Positions 29,155-38,877 of a stretch of DNA of 64,000 nt are shown piece after piece. Position 1 is the first letter of the stretch; the number at the start of each line of letters is the position of its first letter. The translations under genes and the position numbers were made by a program. A model generated the notes under the pieces. It was not told the DNA's origin. It searched no databases and worked only from the letters and a program-made list of their open reading frames with translations. Origin of the DNA: Candidatus Omnitrophota bacterium. Lineage in GTDB: Bacteria > Omnitrophota > Gorgyraeia > Gygaellales > Profunditerraquicolaceae. The DNA is taken from assembly GCA_050012075.1 (NCBI GenBank), contig JBEKHW010000002.1:126889-190888 (forward strand), given 5' to 3'.

Positions 29155-31469
29155 AGATCGATAAACTTAGAAGCGCAACTATAAAAAGGGGCGGTTCCCT
29201 GCAGGGACAGCCCATTTTTATTTTATCGGTTTCTGTCATAGGATTAAGCGGCATCGTAGCGCAGGTAATGCTCCTGCGCGAATTACTGATAAGTTTATAC
29301 GGCAATGAATTAACCATAGGCATAATCCTGGCAAACTGGATAATCTCCGAGGGGCTTGGCGCCATACTGGTAGGAAGGCTTATTGAAAGAGTAAAAGATA
29401 AACTAAATGTATTTATCATACTACAGGTAGCTTTTTCTTTAATATTGCCTGCTGCTATTTATTTTTGCCGCACTTTCAAAACACTATCAGGAGTTCCTTA
29501 CGGGCAGGGGATTGGGCTGGGTGAGATTTTTTTATCATCTTTTCTGATAATCCTGCCTGTAAGCTTCTGCCACGGCGGGTTATTTGCTTGTCTATGCAAG
29601 TTAGGTACTTCTTATACAAAAGAAAGAGAGTTTTCCCTGGGGAAAGTTTATTTCTGGGAGACCGCCGGCTCTATTGCCGGGGGCCTTGCATTCACTTACA
29701 TTTTAGCCCGCTATCTTAATTCTTTTCAGATAGCCACAGTTATAGCCATAGCCAACCTTGCAATATGCATATTTTTCTTTGGGAAGAATAAACCCGTCTA
29801 TAAGTATGCCGTCATTTTGCTGATAGTTGTAATTGGTTACCTGTATCCTGCCGGCATAGTAAATGCAATCCACCGTTTTTCATTAAAGGAGCAATGGAAG
29901 CCGCATAATCTGGTAGATTACCGTAATTCAGTCTATGGAAATATCGCCGTAACAGAGGAGAACGGTCAAAGCACATTTTTCTATAACGGCCTGCCCATAA
30001 TCACGACCCCCTATCCTGATATAACTTTTATGCAGGAGTTTGGAAATCTGCCGCTATTGTTTCATAATAATCCCGGGGATATCCTTATTATAGGCGCCGG
30101 AGCGGGGGGACTGATAAATGAAACCATAAAGCACCCTTTAAATAAGATCGATTACGCGGAATTAGATCCCTTGATTATACGTATACTTGAGAGGCATCAT
30201 TCTGCGTTGACTACCAGAGAGCTTTCAGATAAGCGTGTCCGGGTTATCCCGCAAGACGGCAGGTTTTTTGTATACAATAGCCGCAATAAATATGATGTAA
30301 TCCTGATAGGATTATCTAATCCCTCTGAATTATCTACGAGCCGCTTTTTTACCGCAGAATTCTTCTTTTCGCTTAAGATGCGGCTTAATCCGCAAGGCGT
30401 TATCGCGTTCTGGCTGCCTGGCTCATCTTCGTACATAGGGCCTGACCTGAAAGACCTTAATGGCTGCATACTTAATGCCGCCAAGACCGCCTATTCTTAT
30501 CTACGCGTTATTCCCGGTGATTACAATATAGTTATGGCATCAGGTGACAGCGGCATTGATAAAGTCGACGCAGCCTTGGTTTACGAACGGTTAATTAAGC
30601 GTAATGTCAAGGCACCCATTCTTACTTCTAAATATCTTGAATACCGGTTAAGCGGGGAACGGATAGCCTGGTTTAACCGCGCCATGGCAGGTGCTACAGA
30701 GAAGGTTAACCGCGATCTTATGCCCTTTGCTATGTTCGAAACGCTTATTCTCTGGAGTAAAGAGTTTTCCGGCCCGTTAGTGTATATTCTTGAATTTTTA
30801 AAGGGGCTGCAATTAAGGCATATTTTTATAATTATATTAATCATCTATCTTGCGCTACTGTCTATTTTTCGTTCCAGGCGTAGCCTTTTAAAGCCAGGAA
30901 TAAGCTACGCTATCCTAACTACGGGATTCTATGGTATGACCGTAAACCTTATTCTCATATTCAGTTTCCAGGTATTCTACGGTTATCTGTATCAGAATAT
31001 CGGAATCCTGATAAGCATTTTTATGGCAGGTATTGCCCTGGGAAGTATATATATCACAGGTAATCTCGCAAAGATTAAAGATCCGGTAGGCCTTTTCATA
31101 AAGACAGAGGCGTTAACAGGGTTATTTGCCTGTATCCTGGCATTAATACTGGTTCAATTAGGTTATATGCGTTCTTCGGCGTATTTAATTTTTATGGTTA
31201 TGTTTTTTATCGCGGGGCTACCGTTGGGGCTTGAATTTCCATTAGCCGGAAAAATATACCTGGAAGGAAGAAACAATACAGGAGAGGTCGCGGGCCTCCT
31301 TTATTTTCTTGACCTTCTAGGCGGTTGGTTCGCGGGGCTCTTGGCAGGCGTAGTGCTCATTCCTGTCTTGGGAGTTTTTGCTACCTGTATGGCACTTGCG
31401 CTATTAAAATTAAGCAGCGTAGGCCTGCTTTTTGCGGCAAAGAATGGGTTGACAAGAGGAGCTATTTAA
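29151..31469 (+). CDS. spermidine synthase-like (aminopropyltransferase fold) domain flanked by two multi-TM domains
   Basis: 772 aa. N-terminal block of about 7 TM helices. Central DILIIGAGAGGLINETIKHP...VRVIPQDGRFF...YDVILIGLSNP core. C-terminal block of about 7 TM helices. Confidence 0.5.
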   Translation: MKIDKLRSATIKRGGSLQGQPIFILSVSVIGLSGIVAQVMLLRELLISLYGNELTIGIILANWIISEGLGAILVGRLIERVKDKLNVFIILQVAFSLILPAAIYFCRTFKTLSGVPYGQGIGLGEIFLSSFLIILPVSFCHGGLFACLCKLGTSYTKEREFSLGKVYFWETAGSIAGGLAFTYILARYLNSFQIATVIAIANLAICIFFFGKNKPVYKYAVILLIVVIGYLYPAGIVNAIHRFSLKEQWKPHNLVDYRNSVYGNIAVTEENGQSTFFYNGLPIITTPYPDITFMQEFGNLPLLFHNNPGDILIIGAGAGGLINETIKHPLNKIDYAELDPLIIRILERHHSALTTRELSDKRVRVIPQDGRFFVYNSRNKYDVILIGLSNPSELSTSRFFTAEFFFSLKMRLNPQGVIAFWLPGSSSYIGPDLKDLNGCILNAAKTAYSYLRVIPGDYNIVMASGDSGIDKVDAALVYERLIKRNVKAPILTSKYLEYRLSGERIAWFNRAMAGATEKVNRDLMPFAMFETLILWSKEFSGPLVYILEFLKGLQLRHIFIIILIIYLALLSIFRSRRSLLKPGISYAILTTGFYGMTVNLILIFSFQVFYGYLYQNIGILISIFMAGIALGSIYITGNLAKIKDPVGLFIKTEALTGLFACILALILVQLGYMRSSAYLIFMVMFFIAGLPLGLEFPLAGKIYLEGRNNTGEVAGLLYFLDLLGGWFAGLLAGVVLIPVLGVFATCMALALLKLSSVGLLFAAKNGLTRGAI

Positions 31470-31511
31470 TATATATTATCTCTTCTATTAATCAAGGGGG
31501 GGTATTAGGAA

Positions 31512-32693
31512 ATGGCAAAGCTTATGTTAAAGGATTTGGACTTAAAGGGTAAAACCGTATTGATGCGGGCTGATTTTAATGTTCCGCAAGACGCAAACTT
31601 AAATATCACCGATGATACGCGCATACGCTCGACATTGCCCACCATAAAATATATCTTACAAAACGGAGCCAGGAAACTCGTTTTAATGAGCCATCTGGGC
31701 AGGCCGGACGGACAGGTAGTAGGGAAGTACAGCCTCCGGCCTGTTGCGGCAAGATTAGCGGAATTATTGGCTATGCCTGTGAAATTCCTGAATGACTGTA
31801 TAGGGGAAAACATAAAAAAGGAGATTCAGTCCTCTCCTGAAAAGGTTGTTCTTTTAGAGAACTTGCGTTTCCATGCCGAAGAGGAAGCAAATAACGCGGA
31901 TTTCGCAAAGCAGCTGGCGTCATTAGGAGAGGTATTTGTAAATGATGCTTTTGGCACAGCGCACCGCGCCCATGCCTCTACTGAAGGGGTAACGCATTAT
32001 CTTGAATCCGCAGCCGGATTCCTGCTGGAAAAAGAAATCGAATACCTGGGTAATGCCGTCGTAGCTCCCGAGCGTCCATTCATGGTGATCCTTGGGGGTG
32101 CCAAGGTTTCCGATAAGATAGGCGTGATTGAGAATCTCTTGCCCAAATGCGATGCTATTTTGATAGGGGGAGGGATGGCCTATACTTTCCTTAAGGCACA
32201 GGGAAAATCCATAGGTAATTCCAAACTGGAAAAAGATAAACTTGACCTGGCAAAATCCCTTTTGGATAAGGCAAAATCACTAAAGAAAGAAATAATCTTG
32301 CCGGTTGATAACGTAGTGGTAGATAATATACAGCCGGATGCAAAGAGTGAAGTGACGGGAGAAAATATTCCGGATGGCAAGATTGCGGTAGATATAGGAC
32401 CCAAGACCATAAAACTTTTCCAGGATAAATTGAAATCAGCGAAGACCATTATCTGGAACGGGCCGCTGGGCATATTTGAGATGGATGCTTTTAGTATCGG
32501 GACAAAAGAAATCGCCCAATTTATCGGCGGATTAAAAGCAATGACTATTATCTGCGGAGGAGATACTGCAGCGGCAATTGCCAAATTTAAGTTAGAAGAT
32601 AAAATGGCCCATATATCAACCGGAGGCGGGGCAAGCCTGGAATATCTTGAGGGTAAAGTCTTGCCGGGTGTCGCGGCCTTGACTGATAAGTAA
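31512..32693 (+). CDS. pgk: phosphoglycerate kinase
   Basis: 393 aa. Motifs RADFNVP, MSHLGRP, and C-terminal GGGAS/GGDT motifs. Confidence 0.9.
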   Translation: MAKLMLKDLDLKGKTVLMRADFNVPQDANLNITDDTRIRSTLPTIKYILQNGARKLVLMSHLGRPDGQVVGKYSLRPVAARLAELLAMPVKFLNDCIGENIKKEIQSSPEKVVLLENLRFHAEEEANNADFAKQLASLGEVFVNDAFGTAHRAHASTEGVTHYLESAAGFLLEKEIEYLGNAVVAPERPFMVILGGAKVSDKIGVIENLLPKCDAILIGGGMAYTFLKAQGKSIGNSKLEKDKLDLAKSLLDKAKSLKKEIILPVDNVVVDNIQPDAKSEVTGENIPDGKIAVDIGPKTIKLFQDKLKSAKTIIWNGPLGIFEMDAFSIGTKEIAQFIGGLKAMTIICGGDTAAAIAKFKLEDKMAHISTGGGASLEYLEGKVLPGVAALTDK

Positions 32694-32694
32694 G

Positions 32695-33462
32695 ATGAGG
32701 AAAACAATTATTGCGGGAAACTGGAAGATGTATAAGACCATTAAAGAAGGCCAGGAATTAGTGGTCGCTTTAAGCAGGGAACTCTATAAAATAGAGAATG
32801 TTGATATCATAGTTTGCCCGCCGTATACATCGCTGGCATTCTTAGCCGATGCCCTTGAGACAAGTAATATCATTTTAGGTGCTCAAGATGTTTTCTGGAA
32901 AGAGGAGGGCGCTTTTACCGGAGAGGTCTCATGTAAGATGCTAAAAGACGCAGGATGTAAATTCGTCATCATAGGCCACTCTGAACGCAGGCAGTATTTT
33001 GGGGAAACAAACGAGGCCGTGAATAATAAAGTAAAGGCCGCGTTAAAGGAAGCGCTTACGCCGATTATGTGCGTTGGCGAGACACTTGCCGAAAGAGAGA
33101 AAGACCTTACTTTTAAGATTCTGGATAATCACCTCAAGGGAGGGTTGAAGGATATATCCGCGGAGCAAGTAGAAAAAATAGTTATTGCGTATGAACCGGT
33201 TTGGGCTATTGGCACAGGAAAGACCGCTACCCCCGAACAGGCACAGGAGGCCCATAAATACATCCGCGATACATTGGGAACTATGTATAGCCAGGATTTA
33301 GCGTCACAGGTCCGTATTCAGTACGGTGGAAGTGTCAAGCCGGATAATATTTCCGATATTATGCGCCAACCCGATGTAGATGGCGCGTTAGTCGGGGGAG
33401 CTAGCCTCCAGGTGGACTCCTTCGCTAGTATCGTAAAAAAAGCCAGTGAGGTAGTGAAATGA
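32695..33462 (+). CDS. tpiA: triose-phosphate isomerase
   Basis: 255 aa. Motifs AGNWKM, IGHSERR, AYEPVWAIGTGKTAT. Confidence 0.9.
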   Translation: MRKTIIAGNWKMYKTIKEGQELVVALSRELYKIENVDIIVCPPYTSLAFLADALETSNIILGAQDVFWKEEGAFTGEVSCKMLKDAGCKFVIIGHSERRQYFGETNEAVNNKVKAALKEALTPIMCVGETLAEREKDLTFKILDNHLKGGLKDISAEQVEKIVIAYEPVWAIGTGKTATPEQAQEAHKYIRDTLGTMYSQDLASQVRIQYGGSVKPDNISDIMRQPDVDGALVGGASLQVDSFASIVKKASEVVK

Positions 33463-33812
33463 TCGCAATTATTATTGTTCATGTGATAGTATGCACCGCC
33501 CTTATAGCCCTTGTTTTGGTCCAACGGGGCAGGGGCAGCGGCCTGGTTGAAAGTTTCCAAGGCGTAGAATCAATGTTTGGTACAAAAACAAATACCTTTC
33601 TTACGCGCACCACCACCATATTGTCAATTTTATTCTTTTTTACCTGCTTAAGCCTTGCGATATTGTCAATGAGACAAAGCAGGTCCCTTATGAGAACGGC
33701 AGTGCCGCAAAAGGCGGTTTCGCAGCAGTCGCCTGAAAAAGCCGCGCCTTTACAGCAAAACGCGCCAATTGCTCCCGCTGCGGCAACAGGGGAAAATGCA
33801 GTCAATAAATAA
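33459..33812 (+). CDS. secG: preprotein translocase subunit SecG
   Basis: Hydrophobic N-terminus followed by LVQRGRGSGL. Conserved pgk-tpiA-secG order. Confidence 0.7.
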   Translation: MIAIIIVHVIVCTALIALVLVQRGRGSGLVESFQGVESMFGTKTNTFLTRTTTILSILFFFTCLSLAILSMRQSRSLMRTAVPQKAVSQQSPEKAAPLQQNAPIAPAAATGENAVNK

Positions 33813-33853
33813 ACGATTGCGCTATAATATAACAGGCCAGCGCAATAACATTA

Positions 33854-33889
33854 GGCTATCGCTTTAAGAAAGCGATAGCCTTTTTTATT
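33854..33889 (+). terminator. rho-independent terminator after secG
   Basis: aggctatcgctt-taagaa-agcgatagcct followed by a T-tract (ttttttatt). Confidence 0.65.
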
Positions 33890-33892
33890 ACT

Positions 33893-35038
33893 ATGGACAG
33901 AAAATTATTCTGGGTATTTGCATTAAGCAGTGCTGTCTATTTTACGCAAGGGGCAGAGGGCCTTCCTTCCCAGGCACTCTTCTATTATATGAAAGAGACG
34001 TTGCATTTCTCTCCTGAGAAGATAATGTTTTTAACGAGCATTATCATAAGCGCCTGGCTCGTGAAACCTCCCATAGGTTATCTTGTCGATAATTTTTTCA
34101 CTAAGAAATTATGGATTTTCTTTTCTTTAGTTGCAGATATACTCCTTGTCCTCCTGGTGGGGTTACAGTATTTCCCCATCTTTATATTAATATCTATTTT
34201 GCTCGTAAATGCCACAAGTGCTGCTTTCCGCGATGTGGCAGTAGACGGGATTATGTGCGTAGAAGGCAAGAAACACAGCGCTACAGGCAGGATACAGAGT
34301 ATCCAGTGGATTTCTATCTCTGTCGCAGGTTTACTGACAGGAATAGGAGGAGGAATTATTGCGCAGAAATGGGGATATAGGACAGGATACCTTTGTCTAG
34401 TCCCTTTTTATATTTTAGCCGGTTTATTCGCGTATAAATATAAGGAAAATGGTGCCCGGGCAGTCAAGGCCCGCTCTTCTTTTAAGCAAGATATGAAAAA
34501 ACTGTTTTTAGACAAACGGCTCCTTATTATCGCGCTTTTTATCTTCCTGTATAAGTATTCTCCGTCATTCGGCACGCCGCTATGGTTTATACAGAGGGAT
34601 AGCTTTAAATGGAGCAAGCTCTGGATAGGAGGGTTGACTACCATAAGCACTGTCTTTGGTATTGCCGGCTCATTATTTTATTACAGGTCCAGTACAAAGA
34701 TTAACATCAAAAAATGGCTATATTTTTCGGTATTTCTGGGTGCTGTGCTTACCCTTTTTTACCTGTATTACACGCCGGTTACCGCCATTATTTATGAGAT
34801 CATTTTTAGCTTTATCGGTATGTTCATATTCCTGATGGTTATGGATTTTATGGCCAGGAATACTACGGCGGGGTTAGAGGCGACTTCTTTTGCTTTTCTC
34901 TGCAGTGTCAGTAACCTTGCCATGGTAGCCAGTAACCTCTCCGGGGCATTTTTATTACCCATAGTAGGTTTGAGATGGCTTATTATTTTGTCCGCGCTTA
35001 CCAGTTTCTTATGTCTGTCCCTCATAAAGAAGATTTAG
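33893..35038 (+). CDS. MFS-type transporter
   Basis: 381 aa, about 12 TM helices in two 6-helix halves. The N-terminal region resembles the folate/AmpG-type MFS. Confidence 0.4.
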   Translation: MDRKLFWVFALSSAVYFTQGAEGLPSQALFYYMKETLHFSPEKIMFLTSIIISAWLVKPPIGYLVDNFFTKKLWIFFSLVADILLVLLVGLQYFPIFILISILLVNATSAAFRDVAVDGIMCVEGKKHSATGRIQSIQWISISVAGLLTGIGGGIIAQKWGYRTGYLCLVPFYILAGLFAYKYKENGARAVKARSSFKQDMKKLFLDKRLLIIALFIFLYKYSPSFGTPLWFIQRDSFKWSKLWIGGLTTISTVFGIAGSLFYYRSSTKINIKKWLYFSVFLGAVLTLFYLYYTPVTAIIYEIIFSFIGMFIFLMVMDFMARNTTAGLEATSFAFLCSVSNLAMVASNLSGAFLLPIVGLRWLIILSALTSFLCLSLIKKI

Positions 35039-35145
35039 CTTCGGGGTCCTGCCGCGTCCGTTTCCCCATTCCTGTGGTGCAGTGGCTCCTCGGAACGGGG
35101 ATGCCCCTCGTCCGCGTCACCCCTCAGCTAAATCGAAATTTTTAG

Positions 35146-35174
35146 TTGCCTTTTAGCGGCCTCTCGTATATAAT
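35146..35174 (+). promoter_or_regulatory. putative sigma70-type promoter upstream of marC-family gene
   Basis: ttgcct - 17 nt - tataat (cgtatataat). Confidence 0.3.
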
Positions 35175-35183
35175 ACAAAAATA

Positions 35184-35783
35184 ATGATGAAAGTATTTGA
35201 GCCGTATATATTAGCGTTTATCCCGATTTTTGTAGCAGTGGATGCCATAGGGAATATCCCCTTGTTTATTTCTCTCGTAACCGGCTCAGGGAAGAAACAA
35301 AGGGATGCGGTTATCCTGGAATCCGTAACCGTTGCTACGGTCATCGCGATTTTATTTCTATTAATCGGCAAATGGGTCCTGGGGTTCCTCGGTATTACCA
35401 TATCCGATTTCCAGATTGCCGGAGGTATCCTTTTATTTGTGATTGCCGTCAGGCTTCTTTTACCGGGGGCAGTAAAACATATTCTGTCAGACGGTCACGA
35501 TAAAGATATAGGGGTATTTCCCCTTGGCACACCCTTGATTACGGGGCCGGCGGTCTTAACTACTACATTGATGATGCTGGATACTTTCGGCATAAGCGCT
35601 ACTTTTGTATCACTGGCCGTAAATATGTTTATCGTGTGGCTTACGCTTATTAATGCCGATGCGATTATAAAAATAATGGGGCAGGGCGGGATACGCGCGG
35701 TTTCCAAGCTTATGTATATACTTCTTGCTGCGATAGGGGTAATGATGGTGCGTAAGGGCATAGTAGGAGCATTCCTGCGATGA
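35184..35783 (+). CDS. MarC-family (UPF0056) integral membrane protein
   Basis: 199 aa. FIPIFVAVDAIGNIPLFISL is a typical MarC N-terminus. Confidence 0.65.
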   Translation: MMKVFEPYILAFIPIFVAVDAIGNIPLFISLVTGSGKKQRDAVILESVTVATVIAILFLLIGKWVLGFLGITISDFQIAGGILLFVIAVRLLLPGAVKHILSDGHDKDIGVFPLGTPLITGPAVLTTTLMMLDTFGISATFVSLAVNMFIVWLTLINADAIIKIMGQGGIRAVSKLMYILLAAIGVMMVRKGIVGAFLR

Positions 35784-37006
35784 CGCATAAAGTATTGACT
35801 TTTATTATGGCAGGAGGAAAAGGGGAACGCCTTTTTCCACTGACTAAGGATAGGACCAAGCCCGCTGTTCCTTTTGGCGGTATTTACAGGATTATTGATT
35901 TTACCTTAAGTAACTGTATAAATTCCGGGTTACGTAAGATTTATCTGCTTACCCAGTATAAATCTGCGTCATTACAGAGGCATATCAGGCTTGGTTGGAA
36001 TATCCTGCCTTCGGAATTAGCCCAATTTATCGAGCTTCTTCCTGCTCAGCAGCGCGTCGGCGATTCCTGGTACCTTGGGACAGCAGATGCGATTTATCAG
36101 AACCTGTATACGCTGGAGCTCGACCATCCGGATGAAGTGCTGATCTTAGCCGGAGACCACATATATAAAATGAACTATTATGCGATGATAGATTTTCACC
36201 GCGAGAATGATGCTGATTTGACTGTGGGTGTTGTGGAGATGGAGAAAGAAAAAGCATCGCACCTGGGAGTTGTTGAAGTAGATACAGCAGGAAGGGTAGC
36301 TGGTTTTGAGGAGAAGCCGGCAAAACCTAAGACCATCCCGGCGCACCCGGATAAAATCTTTGCCTCTATGGGTATCTACGTATTTAATAGCGGCGTACTC
36401 TTGGAGGAGCTGCACGATGATGCAAAAAAGCGCGCTACAGCCCACGATTTCGGAAAAGACATCATCCCCCCGATGCTTAAAAAGGGGCTTAAGGTAATGG
36501 CGTATAATTTTATCGATGAAAATAAAAAAGAGGCGAAATACTGGCGCGATATCGGGACAATAGATGCTTATTATGAGGCGAATATGGATTTAGTGCAGGC
36601 GGCGCCGATTTTTAACCTTTATGACAGGAACTGGCCTATACGCACTTACCAGGAGCAATTTCCTCCTGCCAAAACAGTTCATGCCGGAGAAGAAGTTACC
36701 GGCAGGATTGGCCTTGTGCTTGATTCCGTTGTTTCCGGCGGCTGCGTTGTAAGCGGCGGCAGGGTACAACGGTCGGTGCTCTCGCCGAATGTCAGGGTAA
36801 ACAGCTATTCCCAGGTATATGACTCGATACTGATGGAAGGTGTCAATGTCGGCAGGTATGCCAAGATAAAAAGGGCGATTATAGATAAGGATGTGGATAT
36901 TCCCCAGGGTATGGTTATAGGATATGACCTGCAGGAAGATAAAAAGCATTTCCATGTCACGGATTCCGGGATTGTCGTGGTAGCAAAGGGCACGGAGATT
37001 AAATAG
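35780..37006 (+). CDS. glgC: glucose-1-phosphate adenylyltransferase
   Basis: LTFIMAGGKGERLFPLTKDRTKPAVPFGG nucleotidyltransferase N-terminus with a left-handed beta-helix C-terminus. 408 aa. Confidence 0.85.
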   Translation: MTHKVLTFIMAGGKGERLFPLTKDRTKPAVPFGGIYRIIDFTLSNCINSGLRKIYLLTQYKSASLQRHIRLGWNILPSELAQFIELLPAQQRVGDSWYLGTADAIYQNLYTLELDHPDEVLILAGDHIYKMNYYAMIDFHRENDADLTVGVVEMEKEKASHLGVVEVDTAGRVAGFEEKPAKPKTIPAHPDKIFASMGIYVFNSGVLLEELHDDAKKRATAHDFGKDIIPPMLKKGLKVMAYNFIDENKKEAKYWRDIGTIDAYYEANMDLVQAAPIFNLYDRNWPIRTYQEQFPPAKTVHAGEEVTGRIGLVLDSVVSGGCVVSGGRVQRSVLSPNVRVNSYSQVYDSILMEGVNVGRYAKIKRAIIDKDVDIPQGMVIGYDLQEDKKHFHVTDSGIVVVAKGTEIK

Positions 37007-37043
37007 TGCATGGTTCATTGTTCATAGTTCATGGTTAAATGCG
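37007..37043. repeat. GTTCAT heptad-repeat element (copy A)
   Basis: catgGTTCATtGTTCATaGTTCATgg, immediately after the glgC stop. Same motif family as 39661-39750 and 57945-58008. Confidence 0.45.
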
Positions 37044-37493
37044 ATGATTAGAAAAGCGAAAATAAGCGATATAAACCAAATACAAAGCTTAATCAATAAA
37101 TTTGCCAAGCAGGATTTGATGTTGCCGCGCGCCTTGAATGAGCTTTACGAAAACTTGAGAGATTTCTGGGTGGCGCAAGAAAAAGGAATTATAACCGGTT
37201 GCGCTGCACTGCACGTATCCTGGGATGACCTGGCAGAAATAAAGTCGCTTGCAGTGGTAAAACAGAAACAGGGCAAAGGGATAGGCAAAGACCTTATCCT
37301 GGCATGTTTAGAGGAAGCAAAACAACTTGGAGCGCGTAAGGTATTTGTATTAACCTACAAGCCAGATTACTTTAAGAAATTCGGTTTCAAAAGAGTAAAA
37401 CACGCTCAACTTCCCCATAAGATCTGGGCCGAGTGTATAAACTGCTGCAAATTCCCTAATTGCAATGAAACAGCCCTTCTAAAACGCTTGTAA
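37044..37493 (+). CDS. GNAT-family N-acetyltransferase (short ArgA-like)
   Basis: 149 aa. Acetyl-CoA binding motif VVKQKQGKGIGKDLI. Confidence 0.6.
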   Translation: MIRKAKISDINQIQSLINKFAKQDLMLPRALNELYENLRDFWVAQEKGIITGCAALHVSWDDLAEIKSLAVVKQKQGKGIGKDLILACLEEAKQLGARKVFVLTYKPDYFKKFGFKRVKHAQLPHKIWAECINCCKFPNCNETALLKRL

Positions 37494-37515
37494 AAGAACC
37501 TTTCTATGGTATAAT
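37488..37515 (+). promoter_or_regulatory. putative sigma70 promoter with extended -10 upstream of acyl-CoA dehydrogenase operon
   Basis: ttgtaa - 16 nt - tgGtataat (TGn-TATAAT). Confidence 0.5.
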
Positions 37516-37528
37516 CTCTGAAACAAAA

Positions 37529-37603
37529 GGGGACGGTTCTCAACTTGTTCGAGAAGTGTCCCTATTTAGGGGACAGTTCTGCTTTGAGTTGAGAACCGTC
37601 CCC
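37529..37603 (+). promoter_or_regulatory. 75-nt perfect-stem hairpin in the predicted 5' UTR of the acd-etfBA operon
   Basis: 17-bp perfect inverted repeat ggggacggttctcaact / agttgagaaccgtcccc around a 41-nt spacer that contains a nested stem (tgtccc-tattta-ggggaca). It sits between the -10 box and the RBS ggaggg. No T-tract follows. Confidence 0.6.
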
Positions 37604-37619
37604 AATAATTGGAGGGAAT

Positions 37620-38771
37620 ATGGATTATTTATTGACCGATGAACAAAAAATGGTAAAGGAGCTTGCGCATAAGATTGCGGAAGAAAAAGTCCGCCCTGTC
37701 GCCGCCAAATACGACCAGAGTGAAGAATATCCCTGGGATGTTATGAAGGTTATTGCCGATGCAGGGCTTTTTGGCTTATTTATTCCACCGGAATACGGCG
37801 GAATGAGCGTGGGTGTCTTAAACCTTTGTATCGCGACAGAAGAATTATCCCGCGCCTGCGGCGGAATCGCAGTCTGTTATGCCGCCTCGGCATTAGGCAC
37901 ATTTCCGATAGTCCTGTTTGGAAACGAAGAACAGAAAAAGAAATATTTGCCGGATTTGGCAAGCGGTAAGAAAGTAGCGGCATTCGCTATCACGGAACCT
38001 GAAGCCGGCTCCGATGCCTCAGCCATAAAGACCACCGCGAAAAAAGTAGGTAATCACTATATCCTAAACGGATTGAAGCATTTTATTACCAATGGCGGGG
38101 ATGCCGAGACCTATGTCGTAATCGCCATGACCGATAAAACAAAAGGCGCGCGCGGGGCGTCCGCCTTTATTCTGGAGAAAGGTATGCTAGGGTTTACCTT
38201 TGGCAAGAAGGAAGATAAATTCGGTATCAGGGCATCCTCCACGCGCGAGCTGATTTTTACTGATTGTAAAGTCCCCGCGGAGAATCTTCTTTCCAGGGAA
38301 GGGATGGGTTTTATTGTAACCATGAAAACATTTGATATGTCCCGCCCGGGAGTGGCTGCGCAGGCAGTAGGTATTGCGCAGGGGGCGCTTGAACTGGCTG
38401 TAAAATATGCCAAGGAAAGGCAGCAGTTCGGTAAATCCATTTCTACTTTTCAGGGGATTCAATGGATGCTGGCGGATATGGCTACTGAAGTAGAGGCAGC
38501 CCGCGGCCTGGTATATTCTACCGCGCGCATGGTTGATGCAGGAATAAAAGATGTCTCAAAGGATTCTGCAATGGCCAAGATGTATGCTTCCGATGTGGCG
38601 ATGAAGGTAACGGTTGACGCCCTGCAGATATTCGGCGGTTACGGCTATATGAAGGATTACCCTATTGAGAAATATGTCCGCGATGCCAAGATAACCCAGA
38701 TTTACGAAGGGACAAACCAGGTCCAGCGTAATATTATCGCGTTACAGTTAATTAAGGAAATGGCAAAGTAG
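37620..38771 (+). CDS. acyl-CoA dehydrogenase (short-chain/butyryl-CoA dehydrogenase type)
   Basis: 383 aa. Motifs AFAITEPEAGSDA, YEGTNQVQR and QIFGGYGY. Confidence 0.85.
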   Translation: MDYLLTDEQKMVKELAHKIAEEKVRPVAAKYDQSEEYPWDVMKVIADAGLFGLFIPPEYGGMSVGVLNLCIATEELSRACGGIAVCYAASALGTFPIVLFGNEEQKKKYLPDLASGKKVAAFAITEPEAGSDASAIKTTAKKVGNHYILNGLKHFITNGGDAETYVVIAMTDKTKGARGASAFILEKGMLGFTFGKKEDKFGIRASSTRELIFTDCKVPAENLLSREGMGFIVTMKTFDMSRPGVAAQAVGIAQGALELAVKYAKERQQFGKSISTFQGIQWMLADMATEVEAARGLVYSTARMVDAGIKDVSKDSAMAKMYASDVAMKVTVDALQIFGGYGYMKDYPIEKYVRDAKITQIYEGTNQVQRNIIALQLIKEMAK

Positions 38772-38877
38772 TTCGCAAGTTCTAAAGTTCGCAAGTTCGT
38801 AAGTTCAAAAGTTTATGGGTCTTTTGCGAGACACCACTAACATACGAACTAAAGAACATTAGAACTAAAGAGCAAAA
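38772..38877. repeat. GTTC-periodic inverted-repeat intergenic element (acd-etfB spacer)
   Basis: GTTCgcaaGTTCtaaaGTTCgcaaGTTCgtaaGTTCaaaa ... cGAACtaaaGAACattaGAACtaaaGAgc. 7-8 nt GTTC periodicity on both arms. Confidence 0.5.

Noticed and set aside
31325-31552. 75-aa + strand ORF bridging the end of the spermidine-synthase-like gene and start of pgk
   Set aside because: It is an alternate frame overlapping two well-supported genes. Its Arg/Gly-rich translation comes from reading a TM-coding region out of frame.
32180-32707. 175-aa minus-strand ORF
   Set aside because: Lies entirely inside pgk on the opposite strand. It has low-complexity Ser/Ala/Pro-rich translation and no RBS. It is a shadow ORF.
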